The notes: generated by a model from the sequence alone, not told the origin. Shown: positions 49,244-59,414, numbered from the stretch's first letter. The stretch is 64,000 bases of DNA from Terriglobales bacterium (GCA_044447375.1 JBIOFT010000003.1:131-64130); one strand, 5' to 3'. Numbers and translations: made by a program.

Positions 49244-49852
49244 TTGCGTTCGTCGGCCTTTGCGCTGGTTTTATTCGTGGTGGTGTCGTCATTCAGCCAC
49301 ATCGCCACCGCGCAGAGCGGCTGCACCGCGTACTTCACCTCGTACACGTATATTTATCTACCCGTCGCCGGTAGTCTCAGGCCAGGCATGACACGCAAGC
49401 AAGAGAAGTGGTTTCACAAGAAAGGAAGAAAGAAATACCCTGCTCTGTGTGAAGATGCGGAGAAGGCAACCTATGTATTGGTAACGGGGAACCAAGTTAA
49501 TGAGGTGCAGCGACCCGAAACGGTGACCCGTCACGCTTATACCACCGGCCCCGTCACTGAAGTAGTCGGCAACACCAGTTCTGGCCCGATCTGGGCCACA
49601 CGCTTCGAGACCTTTGTCACAACATGGCAGGAAAAGGAAATGAGAACGGGGCTACAGCTCCACACGGAGGTCTTCCTGTTAGAGGCGAAGAAGCCGCTTA
49701 GAGAGGCCGTGTCTGCCGACGACTACTACCAGCCGCTCCGAGCAGCATATGCCGACGGCCCCGATGCGGACGAAAAAGCATTCGAGCACGCTTTCTGGTT
49801 TCTCGACCTCGCCGTTAGGGCTAAGAAGGAATCGAACTCCGCAAGTCACTAG
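49244..49852 (+). CDS. hypothetical secreted protein
   Basis: 202 aa. Signal peptide MRSSAFALVLFVVVSSFSHIATAQ. No recognisable domain. Lower GC. Confidence 0.55.
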   Translation: MRSSAFALVLFVVVSSFSHIATAQSGCTAYFTSYTYIYLPVAGSLRPGMTRKQEKWFHKKGRKKYPALCEDAEKATYVLVTGNQVNEVQRPETVTRHAYTTGPVTEVVGNTSSGPIWATRFETFVTTWQEKEMRTGLQLHTEVFLLEAKKPLREAVSADDYYQPLRAAYADGPDADEKAFEHAFWFLDLAVRAKKESNSASH

Positions 49853-49915
49853 TCCCCCCGTCTGGACACATCGCCCTTCCGGGAGTAGCGTAGAATACTG
49901 TCGTCGCCACTCGCC

Positions 49916-50380
49916 ATGCCGGACGATCTCACCAATCTGAAAGACGACATGATCGCCTTCACCGAAGGCCACGGCATGCTGCGCTTCCACGCCTACGTGG
50001 GCGAGGAAGTGCCCAGCGTGATGTGGGACTCCAGCGACAATCCCGAGAGCTGGAAGGATTTCGTCGAGCTGGCCAAGCACGCCGGCGCCACTTTCCTCAC
50101 CATGAGCGACGTGGTGCTGGAGAAGGAAGACCTCGATTTCCTGGTGGACCGGCTGAAGAACGGCGCCTATCCCGACGAAGAGGACATCGAGGAAGCGCGC
50201 TGGCTGCGCACCTACATCGGCAAGACCGGCTTTGTGCAGCTCGGCTGGCCGCACCAGGGCACGGTGTTTCTCTTCGAGTCCTCCACCGAGTGGTACGACC
50301 GCTACCAGCGCCTGGTGGACATGGCCGAGGAGTATGGCGGCATCGTCTTCGATGAGCCCGACGCGGACGACGAGCACTGA
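49916..50380 (+). CDS. acidic hypothetical protein
   Basis: 154 aa with host-like GC. It ends 3 nt before the recJ start. No motif recognised. Confidence 0.6.
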   Translation: MPDDLTNLKDDMIAFTEGHGMLRFHAYVGEEVPSVMWDSSDNPESWKDFVELAKHAGATFLTMSDVVLEKEDLDFLVDRLKNGAYPDEEDIEEARWLRTYIGKTGFVQLGWPHQGTVFLFESSTEWYDRYQRLVDMAEEYGGIVFDEPDADDEH

Positions 50381-50383
50381 TCC

Positions 50384-52138
50384 GTGCGCTGGACCCTGAA
50401 AGCGGCCGACGAATCCCTCGTCAGCCGCCTGATCTCAGAATCTCATCTCGATCCGCTGATCGCGCGCCTGCTGGCGGTGCGCGGCGTGCGCAGTCCCGAA
50501 GAAGCCGCCCGCTTTCTCCATCCCTCGCTGGCGCACCTGAATTCTCCTTATTTAATGCTAGGCATGAAGACGGCGGTGGAGCGCCTGCGGGCGGCCATCG
50601 GGCGCAAAGAGAAAGTACTCATCTACGGCGACTACGACGTGGATGGCACTACCGCCGTCGTCATCCTGAAAGCTGCCATCGAGCTCTGCGGCGGCGTGGC
50701 CGATTTTCACGTGCCGCACCGCATCCGCGAAGGCTACGGCATGAAGGACGAGGTGATCGAGCGCGCCGCGGCCGAGGGCGTGCGGCTGATCATCAGCGTG
50801 GATACCGGCATCCGCGCCTTTGCCGCGGCGGAAACCGCGCGCCGCGTGGGCGTAGACCTGATCGTTACCGACCATCACTTGCCCGAGGTTGGGCAGGGCG
50901 TGCCGGGAGCGCTGGCCGTGCTCAATCCCAACCAGCCGGGATGCGGCTATCCCTGCAAGGAACTGTGCGGCGCCGGGGTGGCGTTCAAGATCGTGCAGGC
51001 GCTTCTCGAAGAGAGTGGCCGCGTGCGCCTGCTGCCGTCGTTCCTGAGGATGGTCGCCATTGCCACCGTGGCCGATGCCGTGGACCTGGTCGGCGAGAAC
51101 CGCGTGATCGCGCGCCTCGGCCTCGATGGATTGCGGCATGCCGTCAACCCGGGGCTGAAGGCGCTGATTGCGGTGTCGGCGCTCGATTCCGGGCAAGCCA
51201 TCAACTCCGGTGACGTGGCCTTTCGGCTGGCGCCGCGCATCAATGCCGCCGGACGCATGGACGTGGCCCAGGATGTGGTCGAACTGTTCTCGACGCGCGA
51301 TGAGGCGCGCGCCCGCGAACTGGCCGAGCATCTCGACCGCCTCAATGCCGAGCGCCAGTCGGAAGAGCAGAGGATCATGGCGGAGATCCACGAGCGCCTC
51401 GATAGCGACGCAGCGCTGCGCGAGCGTTGCTGCATGGTGATTGACGGCGAGGGATGGCATCGCGGCGTGATTGGCATCTGCGCGACGCGGGCGATGGAGC
51501 GAACTGGACGCCCAACTCTTGTCGTTGCCCGCGATGGCGAGGAGGCGCACGGCTCCGGGCGGTCCATCGACGCGTTCCACCTGCTGGATGCGCTCGAATC
51601 CTGCGCCAGTCTGTTCACCCGTTTTGGCGGGCACGCGCGCGCCGCAGGATTCGCGCTGCCGTCGGAGCGTCTGCCCGAATTGTGCGAGGCGCTCGACCGC
51701 TACGCGCGCTCCCGGCTAAAGCCCGCCGACTTCGTGCAGACGCTCGCCGTGGATGCGGAACTCGGGCTCGAGCAGATCACGCCGCAGTTCCACGCGATGA
51801 TTGAGCAACTGCGTCCGTTCGGGATGGGCAATCCCGAGCCAGTGTTTGCCGCCCGCGGCGTGCGCCTTGGCTTGCCTCCGAAAGTGCTCAAGGAAAAACA
51901 TCTGCGGCTGCGCGTGGTGAAGGAGACGCCCGGCAACAACGGCCGCGCCCAGTTCCACGCCTTCGATGCCATGGGCTGGCGGATGGTGGAGCGCACGGAG
52001 AAAGAGCCGCTGGTCGCCGGCGACGTGCTGGACATCGCCTTCACGGTGGAGAAAAACTCGAATCCCGGGTTTGCCGGGCTCAGGCTGTCGCTGCGGGATT
52101 ACGCGATGGCGGCAAAGACCGCGGTGTCGAGCGCGTGA
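50384..52138 (+). CDS. recJ: single-stranded-DNA-specific exonuclease RecJ
   Basis: 584 aa. DHH motifs (YGDYDVDGTT, VDTG, LIVTDHH) and DHHA1 motif (GGHARAAG). Confidence 0.94.
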   Translation: MRWTLKAADESLVSRLISESHLDPLIARLLAVRGVRSPEEAARFLHPSLAHLNSPYLMLGMKTAVERLRAAIGRKEKVLIYGDYDVDGTTAVVILKAAIELCGGVADFHVPHRIREGYGMKDEVIERAAAEGVRLIISVDTGIRAFAAAETARRVGVDLIVTDHHLPEVGQGVPGALAVLNPNQPGCGYPCKELCGAGVAFKIVQALLEESGRVRLLPSFLRMVAIATVADAVDLVGENRVIARLGLDGLRHAVNPGLKALIAVSALDSGQAINSGDVAFRLAPRINAAGRMDVAQDVVELFSTRDEARARELAEHLDRLNAERQSEEQRIMAEIHERLDSDAALRERCCMVIDGEGWHRGVIGICATRAMERTGRPTLVVARDGEEAHGSGRSIDAFHLLDALESCASLFTRFGGHARAAGFALPSERLPELCEALDRYARSRLKPADFVQTLAVDAELGLEQITPQFHAMIEQLRPFGMGNPEPVFAARGVRLGLPPKVLKEKHLRLRVVKETPGNNGRAQFHAFDAMGWRMVERTEKEPLVAGDVLDIAFTVEKNSNPGFAGLRLSLRDYAMAAKTAVSSA

Positions 52139-52178
52139 TGACAGCCGGCGGGACGCCGGTGCTACGAGCCAACAGCCA

Positions 52179-52484
52179 TCAAAAATCGTAGCTGTCGATG
52201 GTAGCCGCCACCCCGGTGCCGTTCTGCGCGGCTGGCTCCAAGCGGACTACTGTACCCTTGCACACCACACGAGCGGCTTTGGTGCCGGTTATCTCGGCGG
52301 GCAGAATCATGCTGAAGCTGATCTGTGTGGAGGGTTGCAGCCAGCCGGCATGAGTGTAGAAGAAGACGCCTCGGGCGCTCACGTCGCGGGTAAGACTGCG
52401 GGACTCGGCGCCCGGGATGCCCTCAATGAAGATGGGGAACTGCAGGGAAAAACGCTGTTGGACCCGTCTCTCAAGCTCGTGCAT
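52179..52484 (-). CDS. PilZ-domain protein
   Basis: 101 aa. RRVQQR ... DVSARGVFF matches the RxxxR / D-x-S-x-x-G c-di-GMP binding motifs. Confidence 0.75.
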   Translation of the reverse strand: MHELERRVQQRFSLQFPIFIEGIPGAESRSLTRDVSARGVFFYTHAGWLQPSTQISFSMILPAEITGTKAARVVCKGTVVRLEPAAQNGTGVAATIDSYDF

Positions 52485-52606
52485 GTTCGCTTGGCCTGGT
52501 TCGCTGGATTGTAGACGGGGCGCGATGGCAGCCTAGACAAAACCGAACCGGAACGGTAGTGCCAGGAAAGGTACGTCCTGCGGCCTTCGCGTAAGATAGA
52601 ACTCAG

Positions 52607-54847
52607 ATGCCCCTGGACCCCAAACGCCTGCGCCGATGGTTTGCGGCGGCGGCCGTCTTCGTGGTCGCGATCTCGCTCGCCTACTACCTTTACGGACGCA
52701 TTCACGTGTGGCGCTTGGTCGAGCGCGTGCCCGGCAAGATGGGCGTCGAAATCCAGCAGAGCACGCAGGGCTTTACGTTGTCGAAGTCCGAAGCCGGGCG
52801 GACGATCTTCACCGTGCATGCCTCCAAGGCGGTGCAGTACAAGGAGGGCGGCCGGGCCGACCTGCACGACGTGAGCATCCTGGTGTACGGCCGCCGCTCC
52901 GACCGCTTCGACCAGATCCATGGCGATAATTTCGAATACGACCCCAATTCCGGGGACATCATCGCCCACGGCGATGTGGCCATCGACCTGGAGGGGGATG
53001 CGGAAGGCCCGGTGCGTCCCGACCAGGCGACGCCGGTGGAGCTGAAGAATCCCATTCATCTAAAGACCAGCGGCCTGAGGTTCAACCAGAAGACGGGGGC
53101 GGCCGAGACACGCGAGAAGATCGATTTCCGCACCCCGCAGGCGGCCGGCCGCGCCGTGGGTGCGGCTTACGATTCGAAATCCAACACCCTGATCCTCGCC
53201 TCCCAGGTGCGTGTCGAGACGCTCGATGGGGCAACGATCCTGGCGCGGCATGCAGTGGTCACGCAGAACCCGCGGCGGGTGGTGCTGGAGGCGGCGCGCG
53301 TCGAGCGTCCCACTTCCGATATCGACGCCGACCAGCTCACGCTGTTCCTGCGCGACGACAACACCGTCTCCCGCATGGCCGCCACCGGCGAGGTGCGCGG
53401 AACCACCCGCGGCGAAAACCCGGGGCGTGTCGAGGCGGCCCAAGGCGACTTCGTGCTGGGACCGAAGAACCAGCTCCAGTCAGGAGTACTCTTCGGGGGA
53501 GTGAAGTTTCAGCAGGAGGGGCCGTCACCCCTCCACGGCACCGCTGGACGCGCCACGCTGGCCTTCGGCCCTAAGAATGTCCTCACCCAGGTCCAAGCGA
53601 GGGAAGGTGTGTGGTTCATCCAGGACCAGCCCGCGACTGCCAGCCAGGCGGCGCAATCGGTCGAGATGGCCTCGGATGCGCTCGACCTGTTTCTCGTGGA
53701 CGAGCGGCTGGAGCATGGCGTGACCGGCGGCGCGGCCCGCATCACGATACGTCCGCAAACACCCTCCGCATCGCAGGGCGATACCGTCATCACCGCCGGG
53801 CGTTTCGAGATGAGCTTCGGCGCGGACAACCGTCTGCGCGCGCTGCACGGCGAGCCGGACGCCAGGATTGTCGGCTCGACGCCGGGACAGCCCGACAAGG
53901 TGAGCACCAGCCAGACCCTGGACGTGGCTTTCAATCCCGGCGAGGGCGGCATCGCCAGCGTGGTGCAGCAGGGCAATGTGCGGTACAACGACGCGCAGCG
54001 CAGCGCCTTCGCCAACCAAGCACGCTACACGCCTGGCGATGAGAACCTGGTGCTCACCGGCTCGCCGCGCTGGATGGAAGCCGGCGGCGCGACCACCGCT
54101 CGTGTCCTCAAACTGAACCGGCGCACCGGCGACGCCTTTGCCGAAGGTGAGGTCAAGACCACCTACCGGGAGACGCGGCCGCAGCCGGGTGGGGCACTGC
54201 TGGGTGGCTCCGAACCCGTTCACGTGACCGCCAACCGCATGACCGCCAGCCGCCAGACCAGTACCGCGATTTACTCCGGCTCGGCGCGTCTGTGGCAGGG
54301 GAGCAACATCATAGAGGCGCCGGTGATTGAATTCGACCATGCTAACGGCCTGCTGAAGGCCAAGGGCGCCCGGCAGCCGGTCTCGACCGTCTTCGTCCAG
54401 AACGACGGAAAAAGCAAAGGAACGCCGGTCACCGTAACCTCCTCCTCGCTGACCTACTCCGACCCGCAGCACCGTGCGGTTTTCCAGGGGGCGGTGTTGC
54501 TTAAATCAACAGACGGGACGGTGAGTACCGACAATGCTGACGTTCTGCTCAAGCCCAAGGGCCAAAGCGCCACGCAGGGCACTTCCGATGCCACCCAGAT
54601 TGAGGAAATCGTCGCCCGAGGCCACGTGGTGGTGCAGCAGCCTTCCAGAAAAGCAGTTGGAAATACAATGACTTACACGGCAGCGGATGGGAAGTATGTT
54701 CTGAGCGGCGGTCGCCCTAGCATTTTTGATGCCGAACACGGCCTAACCACCGGCGATTCGTTGACTTTCTACAGTCGCGATGATACGGTGCTGGTAGGTA
54801 GTGGAAGTACCACTCGCACCGTCACCCAGACCCACACGGGCAAGTGA
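52607..54847 (+). CDS. membrane-anchored LptC/LptA (OstA)-like protein with multiple beta-jellyroll repeats
   Basis: 746 aa. N-terminal TM anchor, then repeated OstA-like beta segments. Directly upstream of lptB. Confidence 0.65.
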   Translation: MPLDPKRLRRWFAAAAVFVVAISLAYYLYGRIHVWRLVERVPGKMGVEIQQSTQGFTLSKSEAGRTIFTVHASKAVQYKEGGRADLHDVSILVYGRRSDRFDQIHGDNFEYDPNSGDIIAHGDVAIDLEGDAEGPVRPDQATPVELKNPIHLKTSGLRFNQKTGAAETREKIDFRTPQAAGRAVGAAYDSKSNTLILASQVRVETLDGATILARHAVVTQNPRRVVLEAARVERPTSDIDADQLTLFLRDDNTVSRMAATGEVRGTTRGENPGRVEAAQGDFVLGPKNQLQSGVLFGGVKFQQEGPSPLHGTAGRATLAFGPKNVLTQVQAREGVWFIQDQPATASQAAQSVEMASDALDLFLVDERLEHGVTGGAARITIRPQTPSASQGDTVITAGRFEMSFGADNRLRALHGEPDARIVGSTPGQPDKVSTSQTLDVAFNPGEGGIASVVQQGNVRYNDAQRSAFANQARYTPGDENLVLTGSPRWMEAGGATTARVLKLNRRTGDAFAEGEVKTTYRETRPQPGGALLGGSEPVHVTANRMTASRQTSTAIYSGSARLWQGSNIIEAPVIEFDHANGLLKAKGARQPVSTVFVQNDGKSKGTPVTVTSSSLTYSDPQHRAVFQGAVLLKSTDGTVSTDNADVLLKPKGQSATQGTSDATQIEEIVARGHVVVQQPSRKAVGNTMTYTAADGKYVLSGGRPSIFDAEHGLTTGDSLTFYSRDDTVLVGSGSTTRTVTQTHTGK

Positions 54848-55576
54848 ATGCAAACCCTGGCCACCGACGAGATCAGCAAGTCGTACCGTGGCCGCAGGGT
54901 GGTCAATGGGGTCAGTCTCCGCATCAGCCAGGGGGAAGTGGTTGGCCTGCTGGGTCCGAACGGGGCCGGCAAGACCACTAGCTTCTACATGATCGTCGGG
55001 CTAGCGCCGCCGGATACCGGGCGGGTGCTGCTCGACGACAACGACATCACCGACGTGCCCATGTACCTGCGGGCGCGCAACTGTGGCATCAGTTACTTGC
55101 CCCAGGAGCCTTCGGTCTTTCGCAAGCTGACGGTCGAGGAGAACATCCTGGCAGTGCTGGAGGCGCAACCCGTCTCCTGGCACGAGCGCCGGGAGCGGTT
55201 GGAAAAGCTCATCGATCAACTGGGCTTGGGGGTGATCCGCAAGAATCGGGCTTACGCGCTCTCCGGAGGCGAGCGGCGGCGGGTCGAGATTGCCCGCTGT
55301 CTGTGCATCTCGCCTTCGTTCATCCTGCTGGACGAGCCGTTTTCGGGGATCGACCCCATCGCCGTGCTGGATTTGCAGAAGATCATCTTCGACCTGAAGG
55401 CCAGCGGGATTGGAGTACTGATGACCGACCACAACGTGCGCGAGACCCTCTCGGTCACCGACCGCGCCTACATTATCAATGAGGGACGTATCTTCCGGAC
55501 AGGTACTCCGGAGCAGTTAGGCAACGACCCCGAGGTCAAGAGAGTCTATTTAGGCGAGAGTTTCTCGCTGGTTTAG
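54848..55576 (+). CDS. lptB: LPS export ABC transporter ATP-binding protein LptB
   Basis: 242 aa. Walker [10 protein letters not shown], signature LSGGERRR and Walker B ILLDEP. Located upstream of rpoN. Confidence 0.93.
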   Translation: MQTLATDEISKSYRGRRVVNGVSLRISQGEVVGLLGPNGAGKTTSFYMIVGLAPPDTGRVLLDDNDITDVPMYLRARNCGISYLPQEPSVFRKLTVEENILAVLEAQPVSWHERRERLEKLIDQLGLGVIRKNRAYALSGGERRRVEIARCLCISPSFILLDEPFSGIDPIAVLDLQKIIFDLKASGIGVLMTDHNVRETLSVTDRAYIINEGRIFRTGTPEQLGNDPEVKRVYLGESFSLV

Positions 55577-55685
55577 GCAAGATGGCAGAGGTAATCGCCC
55601 GGCAGCCCAGGTGTGGGTACTGTAGTCATCTAGGCCGCAACGCCCGGGTAGGTTACAACAGGAAGCAGGAAGCCTCACACACGCA

Positions 55686-57452
55686 ATGGTCTTACTCCAG
55701 CCCAGACTGAATCTGCGGGTCACCCAGAAGCAGATCCTTACTCCTGGCTTGGTGCAGATGGTCAGCGTCTTGGCTCTGAACAAGCTGGAGCTCCGGGACA
55801 TGATCACCGCCGAGATGGTGGAGAACCCGGTATTGGAGGAGCTGGAATCGTCGATTCCCCTGCTGGACGAGGTGGCCGGCCGGGAAGAAGACCGGGAACG
55901 CGATCCTTCCCAGGCTGCCGATGAGCCGGTGCTGGAGGGGGAGAAGAAAGACCCCTTCGAGGAGATCGACTTTGGGTCTTTCTTCCAGGATTACTTGGAC
56001 CCTGGTTATCGCAGCCCGGCTTCCGAGGTTATTGAGCGGCCCTCATTCGAGAATTTCCTTTCCCGCCCCAGCACCCTGACCGACCACCTGATGTGGCAAC
56101 TGGGAGCGATCAGCGTGTCCCCCGAAGTGCATGAGGCTGGCGAACTGGTGATCGGCAACCTGAATGAAGACGGATATTTGATCGCCAGCGACGAAGAGCT
56201 GCTGGGCCTGCCCACGCAGCCGGGAGAAAAGGCGGAGACGAGCGAGGCCGTGATTCCGGAGATCGCCGCCCAGGCGGAGCCCGATGCCCTGGATCCCACG
56301 AGCATGCTGGGCAGCGCAAGCCCGCTTGAGGACGCCGCCAGCATCTTCGATCTTGAGACCGAGACAGCCGGCATCGCGGTGGAAGAAGCGGTCGCCGAGC
56401 CTGTCGAGCTGGTTGACCTCGCGGCCGCGGTGAGTACGCCCGAGCCGGCCGCAAAGGTGGAACACAAGGTATTGGAGTTTCCGCGTCCCGGCTTCAGCCG
56501 TGACGACCTGCACCAAGCCATCGAACTGGTGCGGCAGATGGATCCGGTGGGGGTGGGAGCGCGCGACCTGCGCGAGTGCCTGCTCGCCCAGCTCAAGTAC
56601 CAGCAGCAGTTCCGCAAATCCCACGGGCTCAACGGCGACACCGAACCGGCGCTCGCGGACGCCATCGCGATCGTGGGCGAGCACCTGCGCCCGCTGCAGA
56701 ACAAGCAGTACCGCGAGATCTCCAAGGCCATCGGGCGGCCGCTGGAGGCGGTGATGGCGGCCCTGGACTACATTAAGACACTGGACCCGCGGCCCGGTCT
56801 GCGCTACAACCGCACCGACGCGCGCTTGATTGAGCCGGACGTGGCTTTCGTCAAGCAGGGCGACGAGTGGGTGGTGGTGATGAACGATGAAGATGTGCCG
56901 CAGCTTCGTCTGAATCCCGCCTACCGGCGCTTGCTCAGCCGCGACGCCGCCGAGAAGGACGTGCGCACCTACGTCAAGGAGCGCTACAAGTCGGCCATCC
57001 AGCTCATCAAGAACATCGAGCAGCGCAAGCAGACCATCGTGAAAGTGTGCTACGCCATCATCGGCCGGCAGCGCGACTTCCTGGACTTCGGCATCGACCA
57101 GCTCAAGCCCATGATGATCAAGGAAGTGGCGGAGGAGATTGGCGTCCATCCCTCCACCGTCAGCCGCGCCGTCGCCAACAAGTACGCGCACACTCCCCAG
57201 GGAGTGTTCGAGCTGCGCTACTTCTTCAGCGAGAGCGTGAATGGACCCGAGGGCTCCAACACCTCGCTCCTTATCCTCAAGCGCCGGGTCAAGAAGCTGA
57301 TTGAGGAAGAGGATCCCGCCAGGCCGCTCACCGACGAGCAGATCACCCGCATTCTGCAGTCGCAGGGTATCCAGGTCACTCGTCGCACGGTCGCCAAGTA
57401 TCGGGAGGATATGCACATCCCGAGCACCCACCAGAGGAGAGTGAAAAACTAG
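55686..57452 (+). CDS. rpoN: RNA polymerase sigma-54 factor
   Basis: 588 aa. Region I LRVTQKQILTPGLVQMVSVLAL. HTH and RpoN box ARPLTDEQI...GIQVTRRTVAKYR. Long acidic region II. Confidence 0.95.
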   Translation: MVLLQPRLNLRVTQKQILTPGLVQMVSVLALNKLELRDMITAEMVENPVLEELESSIPLLDEVAGREEDRERDPSQAADEPVLEGEKKDPFEEIDFGSFFQDYLDPGYRSPASEVIERPSFENFLSRPSTLTDHLMWQLGAISVSPEVHEAGELVIGNLNEDGYLIASDEELLGLPTQPGEKAETSEAVIPEIAAQAEPDALDPTSMLGSASPLEDAASIFDLETETAGIAVEEAVAEPVELVDLAAAVSTPEPAAKVEHKVLEFPRPGFSRDDLHQAIELVRQMDPVGVGARDLRECLLAQLKYQQQFRKSHGLNGDTEPALADAIAIVGEHLRPLQNKQYREISKAIGRPLEAVMAALDYIKTLDPRPGLRYNRTDARLIEPDVAFVKQGDEWVVVMNDEDVPQLRLNPAYRRLLSRDAAEKDVRTYVKERYKSAIQLIKNIEQRKQTIVKVCYAIIGRQRDFLDFGIDQLKPMMIKEVAEEIGVHPSTVSRAVANKYAHTPQGVFELRYFFSESVNGPEGSNTSLLILKRRVKKLIEEEDPARPLTDEQITRILQSQGIQVTRRTVAKYREDMHIPSTHQRRVKN

Positions 57453-57498
57453 GCCTGAGTTCCCCCCAGCCGGTTCCGGCAGGGGTAAAGGAGGCTCA

Positions 57499-58092
57499 AT
57501 GAACGTGGAATACACCGGCAGGCAGTACGAAGCCACTCCCGCCGTCCGCAAGCAGATCGATCAAGGCCTCTCCAAGCTGCAAAAAATCCTGGGCACCGCA
57601 TTTAAAACCAACGTCATTCTGGCGGCAGAGAAACACCGCCACATCGCCGAAATTACCATTACGGTGCGGATCCATCCCATCGTCGGCATCGCCGAAGCCG
57701 GGGACATGAGTTCCGCGGTGGGCGAGGCGCTGGACCGTATCGAGCGCCAGGCCCTCAAGTACAAAGGGCGCTGGCGCGACAAGAAACGCCAGCCCAAGAA
57801 GAAGTGGAATGGAGAGGCCACGGCCGCCGAGCAACTGGCCGCCGTGGGAGAGAAGGTTTCGACCGCGGTGCCGGTGGTGGTGCACACCTATCCCGCCGTG
57901 GTGCGAACCGCGGAAGCGCATGTGACGCGCGACAACAGTTCCGTGGCCTTGCGCCCGCTCACCCTGGAAGAAGCCATCAAGGAAGCCGAGTTCCGCGACC
58001 GCGACGTGTTCGTATTCCGCGACAATCAGGGGCGGGTGAAGGTTCTCCACCGCACCAAAGACGGCAGGATGGAGCTGATCGAAGCGCCGTAG
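57499..58092 (+). CDS. hpf: ribosome hibernation promoting factor, long form
   Basis: 197 aa. N-terminal S30AE/RaiA domain plus a C-terminal dimerisation domain (VFVFRDNQGRVKVLHRTKDGRMELIE). Confidence 0.92.
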   Translation: MNVEYTGRQYEATPAVRKQIDQGLSKLQKILGTAFKTNVILAAEKHRHIAEITITVRIHPIVGIAEAGDMSSAVGEALDRIERQALKYKGRWRDKKRQPKKKWNGEATAAEQLAAVGEKVSTAVPVVVHTYPAVVRTAEAHVTRDNSSVALRPLTLEEAIKEAEFRDRDVFVFRDNQGRVKVLHRTKDGRMELIEAP

Positions 58093-58093
58093 A

Positions 58094-58120
58094 GCAGTTG
58101 CCAGTTGTCAGTTGCCAGTT
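58094..58120. repeat. tandem 7-mers, CAGTTGC family (single arm)
   Basis: gcagttgccagttgtcagttgccagtt, directly after the hpf stop and before its terminator. Confidence 0.8.
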
Positions 58121-58123
58121 TTG

Positions 58124-58157
58124 AACGGGGCACACCATAGTGCCCCGTTTGGTTTTG
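58124..58157 (+). terminator. rho-independent terminator after hpf
   Basis: AACGGGGCAC-ACCATA-GTGCCCCGTT forms a 10-bp stem, followed by TGGTTTT. Confidence 0.75.
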
Positions 58158-58226
58158 TAGCTCGCCTGCCGTTCGCCGCATGCAGAGTCCGGTCAGTCAA
58201 CGACGGAAGCTGGCTGCGGTCCTACA

Positions 58227-59414
58227 ATGGCACTGGCGGCGCGCATGAGCGGATTCCGTCAACTCGTCTGTATGCTGCTGTTGCTGTCCGCCGCGGCGGT
58301 GGGACAGAGTGCGCCCGCAACCCCGCGGGCTGGACAAAAGGCCGCCCCGGCGCCGCGCACTGCCGAGGACAAGAAAAACCTGGACAGGGAACTGCTCGAC
58401 GCCGTGGAATACGACAACCGCCGCGAAGTCCAGCAGTTGCTGGCGCAGGGCGCCGATCCCAACGCGCGCGGCGAGCACGGGGTGACGGCGCTGATGAAGG
58501 CGGCGGAGGACATGGATGCAGAGCTGATGCGTATGCTCATCGCTGCCGGCGCCGACGTGAACGCCCGCGATGCCGTGGGCATGACGGCGCTGCTGACCGC
58601 CGCCGATGATGGCAGTCCGGAGGTCCTGCGTCTGCTGCTGGCCCGGCGCGCCGACGTGGGCGCCCGCGACGCCAACGGCTGGAACGCGGTCATCCTTGCC
58701 GCCGATGCCCACCGCACCGACCTGGTCCGCATTCTGCTGGGCGCGAAGGCGGATTATTTCGCGCAGGACAAGATCGGCACCTCCGCACTGATGATCGCTG
58801 CCGCGGGTGACGATCCCAGCACGGTAACGGCCTTGCTGGAGGCCGCCGAAAAGGCCGACAAGCTCGCTGCCGGCAAGCCGCGGCCCGGCGCTCTCTCCCG
58901 ACTGCGGCTCATGGTGGATGCGCGCGACCTGCGCGGATGGACGGCCCTGCACCACGCTGCTGCCCGCGGCGCCGAGCGCACCGTCCGCCTGTTGCTCCAG
59001 CACGGCGCGGATCCAAACGCGGGACAGGGCACGGGACCAACGCCGCTGTTGCTGGCCGCCGAGAGTGGCGATCCGGGAACCATCGAGGCGCTCGTGGCTC
59101 ACCAGGCGAATCCCAACGCGCCCGGTGCGAACAGTATCACCCCGCTGATCCAGGCGGCGGACGCGGGCAACACCGCCGCTGTCCGTTTGCTGCTGGAGCA
59201 CGGCGCCAGCCTCAACGCCCGCGCTCGCGATGGCCGCACCGCCCTGATGGAAGCGGCCGCCGGGGGACATCCGGCCGTCGTGCAGATGCTGCTCGAAAAG
59301 GGCGCCGACCCCAATGCGCGCATGGCAGACGGCTCAACCGTGCTCGCCCGCGCGTCGGCCAGGCCGCAGAACGAGCAGGTGATCGAGTTGCTGAAAAAGG
59401 CGGGAGCGAGGTAG
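58227..59414 (+). CDS. secreted ankyrin-repeat protein
   Basis: 395 aa. Signal peptide (LVCMLLLLSAAAVGQ), then about 9 ANK repeats (G.TALM.AA..G....V..LL..GAD.NA). Confidence 0.88.
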   Translation: MALAARMSGFRQLVCMLLLLSAAAVGQSAPATPRAGQKAAPAPRTAEDKKNLDRELLDAVEYDNRREVQQLLAQGADPNARGEHGVTALMKAAEDMDAELMRMLIAAGADVNARDAVGMTALLTAADDGSPEVLRLLLARRADVGARDANGWNAVILAADAHRTDLVRILLGAKADYFAQDKIGTSALMIAAAGDDPSTVTALLEAAEKADKLAAGKPRPGALSRLRLMVDARDLRGWTALHHAAARGAERTVRLLLQHGADPNAGQGTGPTPLLLAAESGDPGTIEALVAHQANPNAPGANSITPLIQAADAGNTAAVRLLLEHGASLNARARDGRTALMEAAAGGHPAVVQMLLEKGADPNARMADGSTVLARASARPQNEQVIELLKKAGAR

